This document shows, in pieces, positions 8,693-17,344 of a stretch of DNA of 64,000 bases. Position 1 is the stretch's first letter, and each line of letters begins with the position of its first letter. The translations under genes and the position numbers were made by a program. This DNA comes from an uncultured Dehalococcoidia bacterium (lineage in GTDB: Bacteria; Chloroflexota; Dehalococcoidia; Lucifugimonadales; UBA3495): the NCBI GenBank assembly GCA_950072105.1, contig CATMOE010000010.1:4438-68437 (forward strand), written 5' to 3'. The notes below the pieces were generated by a model that searched no databases, was not told the origin of the DNA, and saw only the letters and a program-made list of their open reading frames with translations.

Positions 8693-10912
8693 ATGACGCC
8701 TACCTCCGATATTCTCGAAGGATTGAATCCAGGGCAAAAAGAGGCCGTCGAAACTATCGACGGCCCTTTGCTTATCATCGCCGGCCCAGGCTCCGGCAAG
8801 ACCCGGGTCATCACCCACCGTATCGCCTACCTGGTCCGGGTTTGCGGGATCAGCCCCTACCGCATCCTCGCCATGACCTTCACCAACAAGGCCGCCCGGG
8901 AGATGCGGGACCGGCTGCAGCGGTTGGTGGGCACCCGCGCCGAATCGCTGACCGTGGGCACATTTCACTCCTTTTGCGCTCAATTGTTACGGCGGGAAGG
9001 GGGTCAGATCGGCCTTTCCTCGAGTTTCACCATCTACGATGCGGACGACCAGCTTTCGTTGATCAAGCAGGGCCTACAGATGGCGGATCTGGATCCCAAG
9101 CAAACGCCTCCTCAAGCCGTCCGCAGCGTGATATCACGGGCCAAGAGCCTGCTGATGGACTCTCGAGGCCTGGCCCAGCACAGCCAGAATTATTTCGAGG
9201 AGATATCCGCCCGGGTATACCACCACTACGAGGAATTGCTGTCCCGCAACAGCGCCGTGGACTTCGACGACCTGCTCATGAAGTCTGCCCAATTACTACA
9301 AGATCATCCCGAAGTGCGGGATAGGTACCAACAGCGTTACGAGTACTTGATGGTGGACGAGTTCCAGGACACCAACGTGGCCCAGTACCGGCTGTCCAGC
9401 CTTTTGACCGGCGATGATCAGAACATCTGCGTGGTGGGAGATCCGGATCAGTCGATCTACTCATGGCGCAGCGCGGACATCCGCAATATTCTCAGCTTCC
9501 AAAGCGACTACCCTCGGACCAAAACCATAAACCTGGAGCAGAATTACCGGTCCACCAGCAACATCCTGGAAGCCGCCCAAAGCCTGATCTCGGTAAATGG
9601 CATGCGCCTGGAAAAGGGCCTATTCACCGAAAACGCCAAAGGAGAGGCAGTCGTGGTTCACGAGGCCTACGACGAGCAGGAAGAGGCCGGTTTCGCCATC
9701 GGCGAGATCGAGCGGCTGGTGCGCCAGGAAAGGATCAAACCGGGTGACTGCGCGGTGATGTACCGGGTTAACGCCCAGTCTCGGGCTTTGGAAGAGGCCT
9801 GTTTGCACCGGGGGATGCCGTACCGCCTCGTGGGCGGCGTCCGGTTCTACCACCGGCGGGAGGTCAAAGACCTGATGGCTTACCTCCGCCTGATCCACAA
9901 CCCATTGGACGAGGTCAACTTGACCAGGGTCATCGGAGTTCCCCCGAGGGGCATCGGAGCCAAGTCCATGCAGGACCTCACCCGTTGGGCCCGGGAGCAG
10001 GACATCACCCTCATGGGAGCCATGCAGCAGATCGCCGCCGCCCGATCCCAAGGTCAACCCAGTCCGGTCCAGTTGGCTACCCGGGCGTCCAACGCCATCG
10101 CAAACTTCGCCGACATGATCGAGGTACTGGTCCAACGGGCCGACCAGGTCCCAATCTTGGATCTGATCGACCAGGTGTTGGAGGACACCGGTCTCCGGAG
10201 TTTCATCCAGAACAGCGACGACCGGCCCGATGAGCGGTGGGACAACGTCAAGGAGTTCCGGAACACCGCCCAGGAGTTCAACGCCGAGGATCCGGGAGAC
10301 GGATTGGCCAGCTTGCTGGAAAAGGTCTCTCTGGTGGCCGACGTCGATAATTACGAAGATTCGGAAGAGTCATTAACGCTCATCACCTTGCACCAGGCAA
10401 AAGGGCTGGAATTCCCGGTAGTCTTCATCGTCGGTTTGGAGGAAGGCTTACTTCCTCACAGCCGTTCCATGGATAGCGAAGAACAATTGGAAGAGGAGCG
10501 GCGGCTATGCTACGTGGGCATCACCCGCGCCCAGCGGCGGCTCTACTTGGTGAGAGCCTTTCGCCGCGGTTTTATGGGGAACAGCGGCCCTACTATGTCG
10601 TCCCGCTTCCTGCGGGAGATTCCCGCCAACCTGGTAGCCCCCGCTCATCAAACTCAGACTAAACCTAAGCCGTCAACGCCCATCAACCGCAACAACTGGT
10701 CGACGCCCGTCAACGGAGATGTCACCCCCACTCCCGTTCGCGCGGTGCCCGGTATCGGCGATCTCGTCCGTCACACCACCTTCGGAGAAGGAGTGGTCAT
10801 GGAATGCCTGGCCGTCTCCGGCGACCACGAAGTAACCGTCCACTTCAAAGGCCAAGTAGGAATCAAACGCCTCCTCCTCAGCTTCGCCCCCCTGGAAAAG
10901 ATCGAAGGGTAG
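8693..10912 (+). CDS. pcrA: ATP-dependent DNA helicase PcrA/UvrD
   Basis: 739 aa. Walker A AGPGSGKTRV, motifs TFHSFC, VDEFQDTN, QNYRS, VGITRA. C-terminal Tudor-like tail. Confidence 0.9.
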   Translation: MTPTSDILEGLNPGQKEAVETIDGPLLIIAGPGSGKTRVITHRIAYLVRVCGISPYRILAMTFTNKAAREMRDRLQRLVGTRAESLTVGTFHSFCAQLLRREGGQIGLSSSFTIYDADDQLSLIKQGLQMADLDPKQTPPQAVRSVISRAKSLLMDSRGLAQHSQNYFEEISARVYHHYEELLSRNSAVDFDDLLMKSAQLLQDHPEVRDRYQQRYEYLMVDEFQDTNVAQYRLSSLLTGDDQNICVVGDPDQSIYSWRSADIRNILSFQSDYPRTKTINLEQNYRSTSNILEAAQSLISVNGMRLEKGLFTENAKGEAVVVHEAYDEQEEAGFAIGEIERLVRQERIKPGDCAVMYRVNAQSRALEEACLHRGMPYRLVGGVRFYHRREVKDLMAYLRLIHNPLDEVNLTRVIGVPPRGIGAKSMQDLTRWAREQDITLMGAMQQIAAARSQGQPSPVQLATRASNAIANFADMIEVLVQRADQVPILDLIDQVLEDTGLRSFIQNSDDRPDERWDNVKEFRNTAQEFNAEDPGDGLASLLEKVSLVADVDNYEDSEESLTLITLHQAKGLEFPVVFIVGLEEGLLPHSRSMDSEEQLEEERRLCYVGITRAQRRLYLVRAFRRGFMGNSGPTMSSRFLREIPANLVAPAHQTQTKPKPSTPINRNNWSTPVNGDVTPTPVRAVPGIGDLVRHTTFGEGVVMECLAVSGDHEVTVHFKGQVGIKRLLLSFAPLEKIEG

Positions 10913-11049
10913 CTAGCGGTCAGCGGTCAGCGGTCTACCAATTTTTTGAAGGCCATACGCCTATCTTCCCCCTTTCGTAAGGGGGGACCGAGGGGGATTT
11001 CCCCGCCACACCAATCAACTTGCTGAAGGCTGACGGCTGATAGCTCACG
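10910..11049. repeat. MITE/REP-like element bounded by inverted heptamer-repeat blocks
   Basis: Left block TAGCTAGCGGTCAGCGGTCAGCGGTC starts with the pcrA TAG stop (10910-10912). Right block is gctgaaggctgacggctgatagctca (about 11022-11047). An internal hairpin tccccctt/aaggggga lies at about 10966-10990. Confidence 0.6.
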
Positions 11050-11121
11050 CCTCCCCGTCATTGACAGATGCCGCCACCAAGGCGATGATGGTCCAAAATC
11101 CCCCACGTCAGGAGCGACATA

Positions 11122-12216
11122 ATGAAAGCCGCCGTTTTCTACGAAGTCAACCAACCTCTGGTCGTTGAGGAAGTCGAGTTGGACGACCCTAAAGCCGGTG
11201 AGGTGATGGTCAAGATCGGGGCCGCCGGCGTCTGCCGGTCAGACCGGCACTTCATGCACGGGGACGCCCCCATCGCCCGGCCCGTGGTTTTGGGACACGA
11301 GGGAGCGGGCACCGTGGAAAAAGTGGGACCCGGCGTTACGTCGGTTCACCCGGGTGACCAGGTCATCCTTTCATTCGTGCCGGCTTGCGGCCTCTGCAAG
11401 TCTTGCCTAGAAGGGCATTCCAATCTTTGCGACAGCCATGCGGCCACCGGTCCCTTCATGTACGACGGGACTACCCGGCTGCATAAGGGTGACCAAGCCA
11501 TCCACCACATGGGTAAGGTTGCCTGCTTCGCCGAATACGCCGTAGTGCCCGAGACCGGTTGCGTGCCGGTTCCGTCGCCCATCCCCATGGATAAGGCCGC
11601 GATGATCGGCTGCTGCGTGCCCACCGGAGTCGGGGCCGTCCTGTTCAGCGCCAAGGTCACGCCGGGCAGCACCGTAGCGGTTGTAGGCTGCGGCGGAGTG
11701 GGTCTGAACGTCATCATGGGCGCCAAACTGGTGAATGCCGCCAAGATAATCGCCGTGGACATTCGGGAGAGCCAGTTGGAGTTCGCGATGAAATTCGGCG
11801 CAACCCACTCGGTCAATGCCTCGGATCGGGACCCGGTGGCTCAGGTAAAGGAGCTGACCGGCGGCAAGGGCGCCGATTTTACGTTCGAAGTTTTCGGCTC
11901 GGCCGATACCACCAAAGCCGCCTACGACATGTGCGGCAAGCGCGGGACGGTGACCGTCGTGGGCATCGCGCCCATCGGCGCTGAGGCCTCCATCAACGCC
12001 GTCGACCTGGTACGCAACGAAAAAACCCTGCGGGGGACTTACTACGGTTCGGCCCGCTCCCGCACCGACATGCCCACCATGGTGGACATGTACCAATCGG
12101 GAAAACTGAACCTGGACGACTTGGTGGTCCGCCACTACTCCTTGGACCAGATCAACGAAGCCTACGACGACATGGACAAGGGCGAGGTTGGCCGGGGGGC
12201 GATCGTCTTCGACTAG
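11122..12216 (+). CDS. zinc-dependent alcohol dehydrogenase family protein
   Basis: 364 aa. GVCRSD, GHEGAG, and the structural-zinc cluster CGLCKSCLEGHSNLC. Confidence 0.85.
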   Translation: MKAAVFYEVNQPLVVEEVELDDPKAGEVMVKIGAAGVCRSDRHFMHGDAPIARPVVLGHEGAGTVEKVGPGVTSVHPGDQVILSFVPACGLCKSCLEGHSNLCDSHAATGPFMYDGTTRLHKGDQAIHHMGKVACFAEYAVVPETGCVPVPSPIPMDKAAMIGCCVPTGVGAVLFSAKVTPGSTVAVVGCGGVGLNVIMGAKLVNAAKIIAVDIRESQLEFAMKFGATHSVNASDRDPVAQVKELTGGKGADFTFEVFGSADTTKAAYDMCGKRGTVTVVGIAPIGAEASINAVDLVRNEKTLRGTYYGSARSRTDMPTMVDMYQSGKLNLDDLVVRHYSLDQINEAYDDMDKGEVGRGAIVFD

Positions 12217-12420
12217 CTAACAGCGGTCAGCGGTCAGCCGCCAGCCAATAAATCCAGATGTGTTTTTGGGCAGAATAATGCCGCGTTATCGTAGTCCGGC
12301 GCAATTAGGATACCGGAGGCTTTACGCCTTTGGTGGAGATAGTACAGAGTTAATGGTTATGACACTCGGCTTGTGGCCCGCGGTCCTGAGCGCTGAAAGC
12401 TGATGGCTGATAGCTCAAAT
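12214..12420. repeat. second MITE/REP-like element bounded by inverted heptamer-repeat blocks
   Basis: Left block TAGCTAACAGCGGTCAGCGGTCAGCC starts with the ADH TAG stop (12214-12216). Right block gctgaaagctgatggctgatagctca (about 12392-12417) is 23/26 identical to the right block of the first element and overlaps the annotated GNAT start. Confidence 0.6.
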
Positions 12421-12855
12421 TCCGACCCAATCACCGTCAAGCTGGTTGAAACCAAGGCTGAGTTGGAATCGGCCATCAGCGTGCGCTTCCGTGTGTTCGT
12501 TGCGGAGCAAAACGTACCGCCAGAAGAGGAGTTGGACGAGGAAGACGCCGCCGCCACTCACGTCATCGCGTTGCATCACGGAAGCATCGTTGGCACCGGG
12601 CGTCTGCTGTCCGGAGAACCTGCCGTCGCCATCATCGGTCGGATGGCGGTGGATAAGAGTTGGCGCAGGCAAGGGGTAGGAGGCCTGATCCTAGAGTTCC
12701 TGGAGGACGAGGCCCGGACCCAAGGGATGCGCCAAAGCGTCCTTCACGCCCAAGAGTACGTCAAGAGTTTCTATGCCGCCCACGGCTACCGGGAACACGG
12801 GGACCCCTTCATGGAAGTGGACATTCTCCACATCGAGATGCGCAAAGACCTCTAG
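12403..12855 (+). CDS. GNAT family N-acetyltransferase
   Basis: 150 aa. Acetyl-CoA site ..RRQGVGGLILEFLE.. The ATG lies inside the repeat block, so the start is uncertain. Confidence 0.8.
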   Translation: MADSSNSDPITVKLVETKAELESAISVRFRVFVAEQNVPPEEELDEEDAAATHVIALHHGSIVGTGRLLSGEPAVAIIGRMAVDKSWRRQGVGGLILEFLEDEARTQGMRQSVLHAQEYVKSFYAAHGYREHGDPFMEVDILHIEMRKDL

Positions 12856-12862
12856 TTGGGTC

Positions 12863-13168
12863 CTAGGCCGCTACAGGAACCTTTTCAATGACCCTAACTT
12901 CCATCTTGGCGATGTGGCTGGTAGGCAGGCCGCCGAGAGCGGAACGCCCCGGAGAGGCGAAGTAGGCGGCTTCCTTTTCCGGAATCTCTTCAACGCTGTT
13001 AAACGACCGGACCCAAAGAAATTCGGTACGGTCGGCGTTGATCCAACTGGCCTCGATCGGAATTCCCAATCCCTGATGTATGGGCCGGATGTGTTCCTCG
13101 AACAACTTGAGCCAGGAGTCCATCATCCCACTATTGATCGTGTAGATCCGCAACTGTGAAACCATCAC
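12863..13168 (-). CDS. NIPSNAP family protein
   Basis: 101 aa. MMVSQLRIYTI..W..F.. pattern of the NIPSNAP/dimeric alpha-beta barrel. AGGAGAAG RBS. Confidence 0.55.
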   Translation of the reverse strand: MMVSQLRIYTINSGMMDSWLKLFEEHIRPIHQGLGIPIEASWINADRTEFLWVRSFNSVEEIPEKEAAYFASPGRSALGGLPTSHIAKMEVRVIEKVPVAA

Positions 13169-13204
13169 TCTTCTCCTACGTAGATTACGCGGTTAACATT
13201 TGGC

Positions 13205-13228
13205 TTAAAGCTGATCGCTGATAGCTAG
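13205..13228. repeat. solo heptamer-repeat block abutting a stop codon
   Basis: On the minus strand it reads TAGCTATCAGCGATCAGC. Its TAG (13225-13227) is the stop of the enolase-superfamily gene. Confidence 0.55.
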
Positions 13229-14313
13229 GCCACTTGGTATTGCTTGATTGTCTCTTGGTTGAATGCCAGCCCCAACCCGGGTTTGTCCGGCACCACAAGC
13301 TCTCCGTTTTCCATCTTGGGTGTTTCTTCCCAAAGCCGCAGGGTCCAAGGCATGTACTCGACCGTCAATCCGTTGGGTATGGCCGAGATCAAATGAACGT
13401 GGATTTCGGGCACCAGGTGACTTACCACCGGGATGTTGAACGCCTCGGCCATGCCGGCCACCTTTTTCCACTGGGTGATTCCGCCTACCCGAAGCAGGTC
13501 GATCATTACGATGTCGATGGACCGGTTCTCCAACATCTGGCGGAAGGGCGTGATCCCATAGACGTACTCACCGGCCGCGATGGGCGTGGTCAAGGCGTCG
13601 GCCACCCGGGCCAGTCCTTGGTAGTCGTCTTGGGCCACCACGTCTTCCAGCCAAAAGAGGTTGTACTCTTCGACCCTCTTGCCGATCTGTATGGCCTGGT
13701 TTACGTTCCATAGCTGGTTGATGTCGCACATCAGGTCTATGTCCGGTCCGATGCCTTCACGCATCACCCGCATCCGCTCCACTTCCAGAGCGGCCGTGGG
13801 CTCGGCTCCCATCTGCGTCTTCATCTGCTTGAATCCCATCTCTACCAGGCGAGGCCCCGCCTCGGCCAAGTATTCCAGGTTCATCGGCCGCATCAGCGCG
13901 CCGCTGGCGTAGGTAGGCGCCCGGTCCCGGTAGCCGCCCAAGAGCGAGCTAACCGTTACGTTCAACGCCTTGCCTTTAATGTCCCATAGGGCCATGTCCA
14001 CCGCCGAAAGGGCCAGGGTGAAGATGCCTCCCGGTCCGGAGCCGCTGCCGGCGGCGCGCAGGTCCGCCACGATGGACTCGACGGGCATGGGGTCTCGTCC
14101 GATGACCAATCCGCTGAGAGTGTCCACCGCCGCTCTAAGGGCGTTGGTTAACGCAGCTCCGAAAAAAGTTACGCCTACTCCCTGGATGCCCTCATCCGTT
14201 TCCAGTTCCAGTGTTACAAATTCCCGAGTAGCGTCCCCCACCGGCATACCCACTACCAAAGGGTTATCCGCTGGGGTCTGGATGATACGAGTCGTCGCGC
14301 GTGTTACTTTCAT
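13225..14313 (-). CDS. mandelate racemase / muconate lactonizing enzyme family protein (enolase superfamily)
   Basis: 362 aa. N-terminal capping-domain plus barrel pattern (..LMCDINQLW.., ..FWLEDV.., ..IAAGE..). Confidence 0.85.
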   Translation of the reverse strand: MKVTRATTRIIQTPADNPLVVGMPVGDATREFVTLELETDEGIQGVGVTFFGAALTNALRAAVDTLSGLVIGRDPMPVESIVADLRAAGSGSGPGGIFTLALSAVDMALWDIKGKALNVTVSSLLGGYRDRAPTYASGALMRPMNLEYLAEAGPRLVEMGFKQMKTQMGAEPTAALEVERMRVMREGIGPDIDLMCDINQLWNVNQAIQIGKRVEEYNLFWLEDVVAQDDYQGLARVADALTTPIAAGEYVYGITPFRQMLENRSIDIVMIDLLRVGGITQWKKVAGMAEAFNIPVVSHLVPEIHVHLISAIPNGLTVEYMPWTLRLWEETPKMENGELVVPDKPGLGLAFNQETIKQYQVA

Positions 14314-14505
14314 GTCCCTCTTTCTTCTTTAACAATGCATGTTGGGGTATCCGATCCGAACGCAAGACTGGCAAGGTCCGAATTTGGAGCCTCATTCTAT
14401 CACAGGCTCAGCGACCACCGTCGCGCCGAGCCTTTCGTCAGTCTGGCCCTTCCGCAGAAGGGGAATCCAGACCCAGGCGTGGATAAATCCGGATTTGTCC
14501 GGCGG

Positions 14506-14534
14506 TTGACATCGAGTCCTTAGCTGGTTATGAT
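14506..14534 (+). promoter_or_regulatory. sigma70-type promoter for the padR-arsM operon
   Basis: TTGACA (14506-14511), 17-nt spacer, TATGAT (14529-14534), 50 nt before the padR ATG. Confidence 0.45.
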
Positions 14535-14543
14535 ACTTAACGT

Positions 14544-14566
14544 GGTTTAGTAAACCCGGTTTAGTT
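14544..14566 (+). promoter_or_regulatory. candidate PadR operator
   Basis: Perfect palindrome ggttta-g-taaacc (14544-14556). The half-site ggtttagt is repeated 14 nt later (14558-14565). Lies between the -10 and the start codon. Confidence 0.3.
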
Positions 14567-14583
14567 ACGTAGACGCAGGGAAG

Positions 14584-14988
14584 ATGACTATACAGTTAAA
14601 CAAACAATCGATGCGGGACGAGGCGTACTGGGAGAACCTGGTTAAGCGCAGCCTTTGCCGGTTCCTCTTGCTGGGCCAACTGGCCAAGGGTCCAGTGCAT
14701 GGATACCAGCTTAACCTGGCCATCCGGGACGCCTGTCAGGGTTGCTGCGAACCCACCGAGGCCATGGTTTACTCCACTATGAAGGAACTGGTGGAGGGGG
14801 GCTACGTGGTTTACCGGATGGAGGAGCACCTGGGGCGCAAACGTAGGGTCTGCTGGCTAACAGACGAGGGCAAGGAGGCGTTCCGGGCGGCCGGCCGGGT
14901 GTGGCAAAAGATGCTACCCACGGTAGAGGAAACGGTGGCACAAGCGCTTGGAACTCAAGACGATGTTCCAATAGGGCGACAAAACTAA
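14584..14988 (+). CDS. PadR family transcriptional regulator
   Basis: 134 aa. ..LLLGQLAKGPVHGYQL.. winged-helix signature. Confidence 0.8.
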   Translation: MTIQLNKQSMRDEAYWENLVKRSLCRFLLLGQLAKGPVHGYQLNLAIRDACQGCCEPTEAMVYSTMKELVEGGYVVYRMEEHLGRKRRVCWLTDEGKEAFRAAGRVWQKMLPTVEETVAQALGTQDDVPIGRQN

Positions 14989-14999
14989 AGATTAGGAGT

Positions 15000-15785
15000 A
15001 TGGCAATGACTACGAACTCAGAAGAGATCAAGCGGCTGGTGCGAGAGAGATACGGGGCCCGGGCCAAGGGAGTCATCGAACTCACCGTGGTCCAGCCTGA
15101 CTGTGGCAGCGATCCAGGGTGCTGCAGCCCGGCGGACACGGAGCGTGCGCTCCGCCTTTACACGGAGGGTCAGATCGCCGGACTACCCGCGGAATCCATC
15201 GCCGCCTCGGCGGGCTGCGGCAATCCCACCGCCCTGGCCGGTTTGAAAGTCGGTGAGAGGGTGCTTGACCTGGGCTCCGGAGGCGGAATCGACTGCTTTC
15301 TAGCGTCCCAGCAGGTGGGACCGGGAGGCCACGTCACCGGCCTGGACATGACCGACGACATGCTGAATCTAGCCCGTAAGAACCAGGCCAACCTGGGCAT
15401 CACCAACGTGGAGTTCGTCAAAGGCGAGATTGAAAATATGCCACTCCCCGACGCAAACGTGGACGTGGTCATATCCAACTGCGTAGTCTGCCTGTCCCCC
15501 GATAAGGACGCCGTCTTTCGTGAGTCCTTCCGGGTCTTATCCCCCGGCGGCCGCCTTCATCTCTCGGACATGATGTCCATGACCGACGAAGGCCCAACCC
15601 GCACCGACCCCGAAGCCTGGGCTTCATGTATCGCCGGGGCCGAGCACCGGGACATCTACCTGGGACGGCTAAGGGATGCAGGCTTCGTGGACATCGACAT
15701 CTCCGAAGAGAACATCCGGTTCGACGACGAAGGCGTCCCCATGAACGTGGTCAGCGTCAAGGTCGTGGCCAGAAAACCCGCCTAG
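15000..15785 (+). CDS. arsM: arsenite S-adenosylmethionine methyltransferase-like protein
   Basis: I start at the ATG at 15000 (AGGAG RBS). The track ORF is extended upstream into padR. Shows N-terminal Cys cluster CGSDPGCC, CGNP, SAM motif VLDLGSGGG, and VISNCVVCLSPDK. Confidence 0.75.
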   Translation: MAMTTNSEEIKRLVRERYGARAKGVIELTVVQPDCGSDPGCCSPADTERALRLYTEGQIAGLPAESIAASAGCGNPTALAGLKVGERVLDLGSGGGIDCFLASQQVGPGGHVTGLDMTDDMLNLARKNQANLGITNVEFVKGEIENMPLPDANVDVVISNCVVCLSPDKDAVFRESFRVLSPGGRLHLSDMMSMTDEGPTRTDPEAWASCIAGAEHRDIYLGRLRDAGFVDIDISEENIRFDDEGVPMNVVSVKVVARKPA

Positions 15786-15812
15786 AACCCTACCGCTATC
15801 ACAAGGGAAAAA

Positions 15813-15840
15813 GTAGGGGCGCACGGCCGTGCGCCCCTAC
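15813..15840. terminator. perfect 12-bp GC-rich hairpin between convergent genes (terminator-like / REP-like)
   Basis: gtaggggcgcac-ggcc-gtgcgcccctac. No clear U-tract. Lies between the arsM stop and the PIG-L stop. Confidence 0.45.
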
Positions 15841-15914
15841 TACTTTGAGAGCCTGAACCTCCCTCCTTGCGAAGGGGGACTATAGGTGGGTCGTGTTCTG
15901 ATTGGCGCCACCCA

Positions 15915-16637
15915 TTACTCCAGTTGAAAGACCTTGAACGCCTCGGCGAATTCGAACCCCACTTTCTTCCCGGTGCTGTTGCGCCATTGCCTCATGTCGA
16001 CCTCAGCGTCCTCTTCCGATACCTGGGTCTGATGTGCCTTCAAGGCGTCCACGGCGGTATCCATATAGGCGCTCACGTCCACGAACTTGTCGGCCGTGTC
16101 GCCGTGGAACATCATCCAGACTTCCTTCACCTTATGGGGTTCAAGCCCTTCCCGGAGTAACTCTGGGAAAGTTAGGCGGTCTCTGGAACTGGGGAACACG
16201 GCGGACAGGGCCGCTTCTCCCGAGGCGAAGTGGTCGGGATGGCCCAGATAGCCTTCACCGTCCACGCTCCGCACCGGATTCATGCAGATCAGCACATCGG
16301 GCCGGTGTCGGCGGATCTCCCGGGCAATGTCCCGGCGCAGCTCTAACGTCGGCTCCAGCATGGAGTCCTCGTATCCCAAGAAGACGATGTCTTTCAACCC
16401 AAGCACCTTCCCAGCGTCCAGTTGCTCCTGTTTGCGAATCTCCACCAGCCGTCCGCTGGTCATCTCCGGGTCTTCGCTGCCTTTACTGCCGTCGGTGCAC
16501 AGAACGTACACCACCTCCCAACCTTCGGCGCACCACTTGGCCACCGTTCCGGCGCATCCCCACTCGGCGTCGTCGGCATGGGCAACCACCACCATGGCAC
16601 GCTGGTGATGCGCTCCATCGCTAGCCATTGAATCCAT
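15915..16637 (-). CDS. PIG-L/LmbE family deacetylase
   Basis: 240 aa. ..VVAHADDAEWGCAGT.. and ..HPDH.. zinc-site motifs. The start may be Met4 (16628) given GGAGG spacing. Confidence 0.85.
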   Translation of the reverse strand: MDSMASDGAHHQRAMVVVAHADDAEWGCAGTVAKWCAEGWEVVYVLCTDGSKGSEDPEMTSGRLVEIRKQEQLDAGKVLGLKDIVFLGYEDSMLEPTLELRRDIAREIRRHRPDVLICMNPVRSVDGEGYLGHPDHFASGEAALSAVFPSSRDRLTFPELLREGLEPHKVKEVWMMFHGDTADKFVDVSAYMDTAVDALKAHQTQVSEEDAEVDMRQWRNSTGKKVGFEFAEAFKVFQLE

Positions 16638-16660
16638 CCTCCGTTGTGTCTGATGGTCTC

Positions 16661-16716
16661 GATCAAACCCAGAAAAACACCCTCAGGTGTTGGTTTGATC
16701 TACCAGACCTGAGGGT
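16661..16716 (-). promoter_or_regulatory. structured 5' leader of the PIG-L gene (interleaved complementary arms plus U-run)
   Basis: Arms are A 16661-16669 gatcaaacc, B 16679-16688 accctcaggt, A' 16692-16700 ggtttgatc, B' 16707-16716 acctgagggt. A pairs with A' and B with B', giving a pseudoknot topology. On the minus strand the B'/B hairpin is followed by GTTTTTCT. Confidence 0.3.
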
Positions 16717-16879
16717 CCTTGGGCCGAGGTCATCTAATTTCATTCAGTGATTCCCAGTTTAGCACAGGACTGGTGCGGTCTAGTCTCCCGATCCTTGCTA
16801 TCGAAAGGCGCCGATGCTAGCCTTGAAATACCTCGACATTGCCACGTCCGGTTAACGAACTCAGGCGACTGGAGCAACC

Positions 16880-17305
16880 ATGCCCAGACTCTGGGCCAAA
16901 ACGGTAACCTACGATTCCGTCTCCGTGGGCGACCAACTTCCCATCCTGGCCAAGTGGGAGACGGAGGAAACCATCGCCGGCTTCAACTCCCTTTTACATC
17001 CCGGCGACGAGCCAAAAAGTTCTACGCCCTCCGCCGCCGGACAAGCCTCTGTTCCCGCCCTGTCCGCCTACGTTTTGGAGTTGTTGGAGAAGGGCTTCCC
17101 CATCGCCAGCATCCTTGCGGCCGGCAGCAGCCTGGCGATCGAATCGATACTTCCGGTACATGCTGAAGATGTAATTACATTAACTGGACGGGTGGTGGAT
17201 AAACGGCAGGAAGGAGACCGGCGGGTGATAGCTTGCCAGGTGTTGGTGGAAAATCAGGACGGACAAACCGTGGCCGAAGCCTTAGCCGAAGTCTGCTTGC
17301 CGTAA
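16880..17305 (+). CDS. hotdog-fold (MaoC-like) protein
   Basis: 141 aa. Weak resemblance only: the C-terminal ..VITLTGRVVDKR..VIACQVLVENQDG.. pattern is like hotdog dehydratases. Confidence 0.35.
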   Translation: MPRLWAKTVTYDSVSVGDQLPILAKWETEETIAGFNSLLHPGDEPKSSTPSAAGQASVPALSAYVLELLEKGFPIASILAAGSSLAIESILPVHAEDVITLTGRVVDKRQEGDRRVIACQVLVENQDGQTVAEALAEVCLP

Positions 17306-17344
17306 TACAAGTGCCAGATGGGTTACGCGTATGGGGTCCGGTAT

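Noticed and set aside
10910-13228. Heptamer tandem repeats (GGTCAGC / GCTGANN) as a CRISPR array or coding repeat.
   Set aside because: The units are 7 nt with no spacers, only 2-3 copies per block. They occur as inverted pairs, and no cas genes are present. They behave as REP/MITE-like termini.
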